Assembly (NCBI RefSeq): GCF_006345805.1 | Contig: NC_042999.1 | Span: forward strand, 130,200,001 to 130,264,000 | Reading direction: 5' to 3' | Source: Octopus sinensis | Lineage: Eukaryota | DNA: 64,000 nucleotides | Part shown: positions 63,575 through 64,000 of the stretch, piece by piece | How the letters are laid out: each line of letters opens with the position of its first letter | Position numbering within the stretch: the stretch's first letter is position 1 | Program-made: the position numbers and the translations under genes | Notes under the pieces: generated by a model | Told to the model about the DNA's origin: nothing | Seen by the model: the letters and a program-made list of their open reading frames with translations, nothing else | Database searches by the model: none

Positions 63575-64000
63575 TGCGTTTAAGCTGTTACTTGTCAACA
63601 CTTGCAGGAAAGATGTGAACAGTGAGAAGGTTCCAGAGGGCCGATATTTTGGCGATGAAAGATAAGGCATAGTGGTTAGTATGAGCAAAAGGTGGCTGGA
63701 CAAATGGCGCAAAGAGGTTGAGAAACGAATAGTATGTCAACTACTCACGCTACCTTAAATCAGCCTCTTCCGAGGAGCAGAAGTCGATATCGTAGCGATA
63801 GAGAAGACAGTGAGAAGAGACTACGTCTGAAGCTGGAGTGTGTCCATTAGTGATGGAATATCAGTTGGCCGAGTGGCTCTTCTCTGGATGCAGTCGATAA
63901 TCTCCAAGTGCAGCGCAGCAGCACTCTCCCTGATGTAGGAGCAGTACTTTATTGTGAGGTTCATGTAGGCATTCTCAAGTCTCAGCAGCTGTTGAAATCT
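63575..64000 (-). mobile_element. CR1/L2/Jockey-type LINE ORF2 3' end, degenerate, continues beyond window
   Basis: YCSYI..LEIIDCIQRRATRPTDIPSLMDTLQ, frameshift, VSSHCLLYRY..CSSEEA, TNHYALSFIAKISALWNLLTVHIFPASVD: standard C-terminal motifs of this LINE group. Confidence 0.85.

Overview
AT-rich, microsatellite- and SINE-dense eukaryotic DNA. The repeat families look like those of an octopus genome (inference from memory, not a database search). No complete host gene, tRNA/rRNA gene or CRISPR array can be supported; a few isolated exon-like segments with good splice sites are present (best: 55094-55191 and 59972-60026 on +, 43667-43697 on -). Protein-coding signal comes almost entirely from decayed mobile elements: an R4/Dong-type RLE LINE (about 3.3-5.9 kb, -) plus a second 3' fragment (35.0-35.5 kb), a Penelope-like GIY-YIG 3' end (7.1-8.0 kb), two Tx1/L1-clade elements (11.0-13.2 kb - with a 14-bp TSD and two internal deletions; 25.0-26.1 kb +), an Academ-like transposase remnant (16.0-17.6 kb) and a CR1/L2-type 3' end at the right edge, plus several MITE/foldback elements. 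The most notable observations are (1) a tRNA-headed SINE whose 3' part carries a Penelope-type minimal hammerhead ribozyme and which occurs with a head-to-head inversion at both loci, and (2) a SINE variant with a Tx1-like 3' tail that is found only inside other SINE copies, always at the same junction, building 184-bp tandem arrays at two independent loci. All long ORFs made of I/Y/H/C/M/T residues are microsatellite artefacts.
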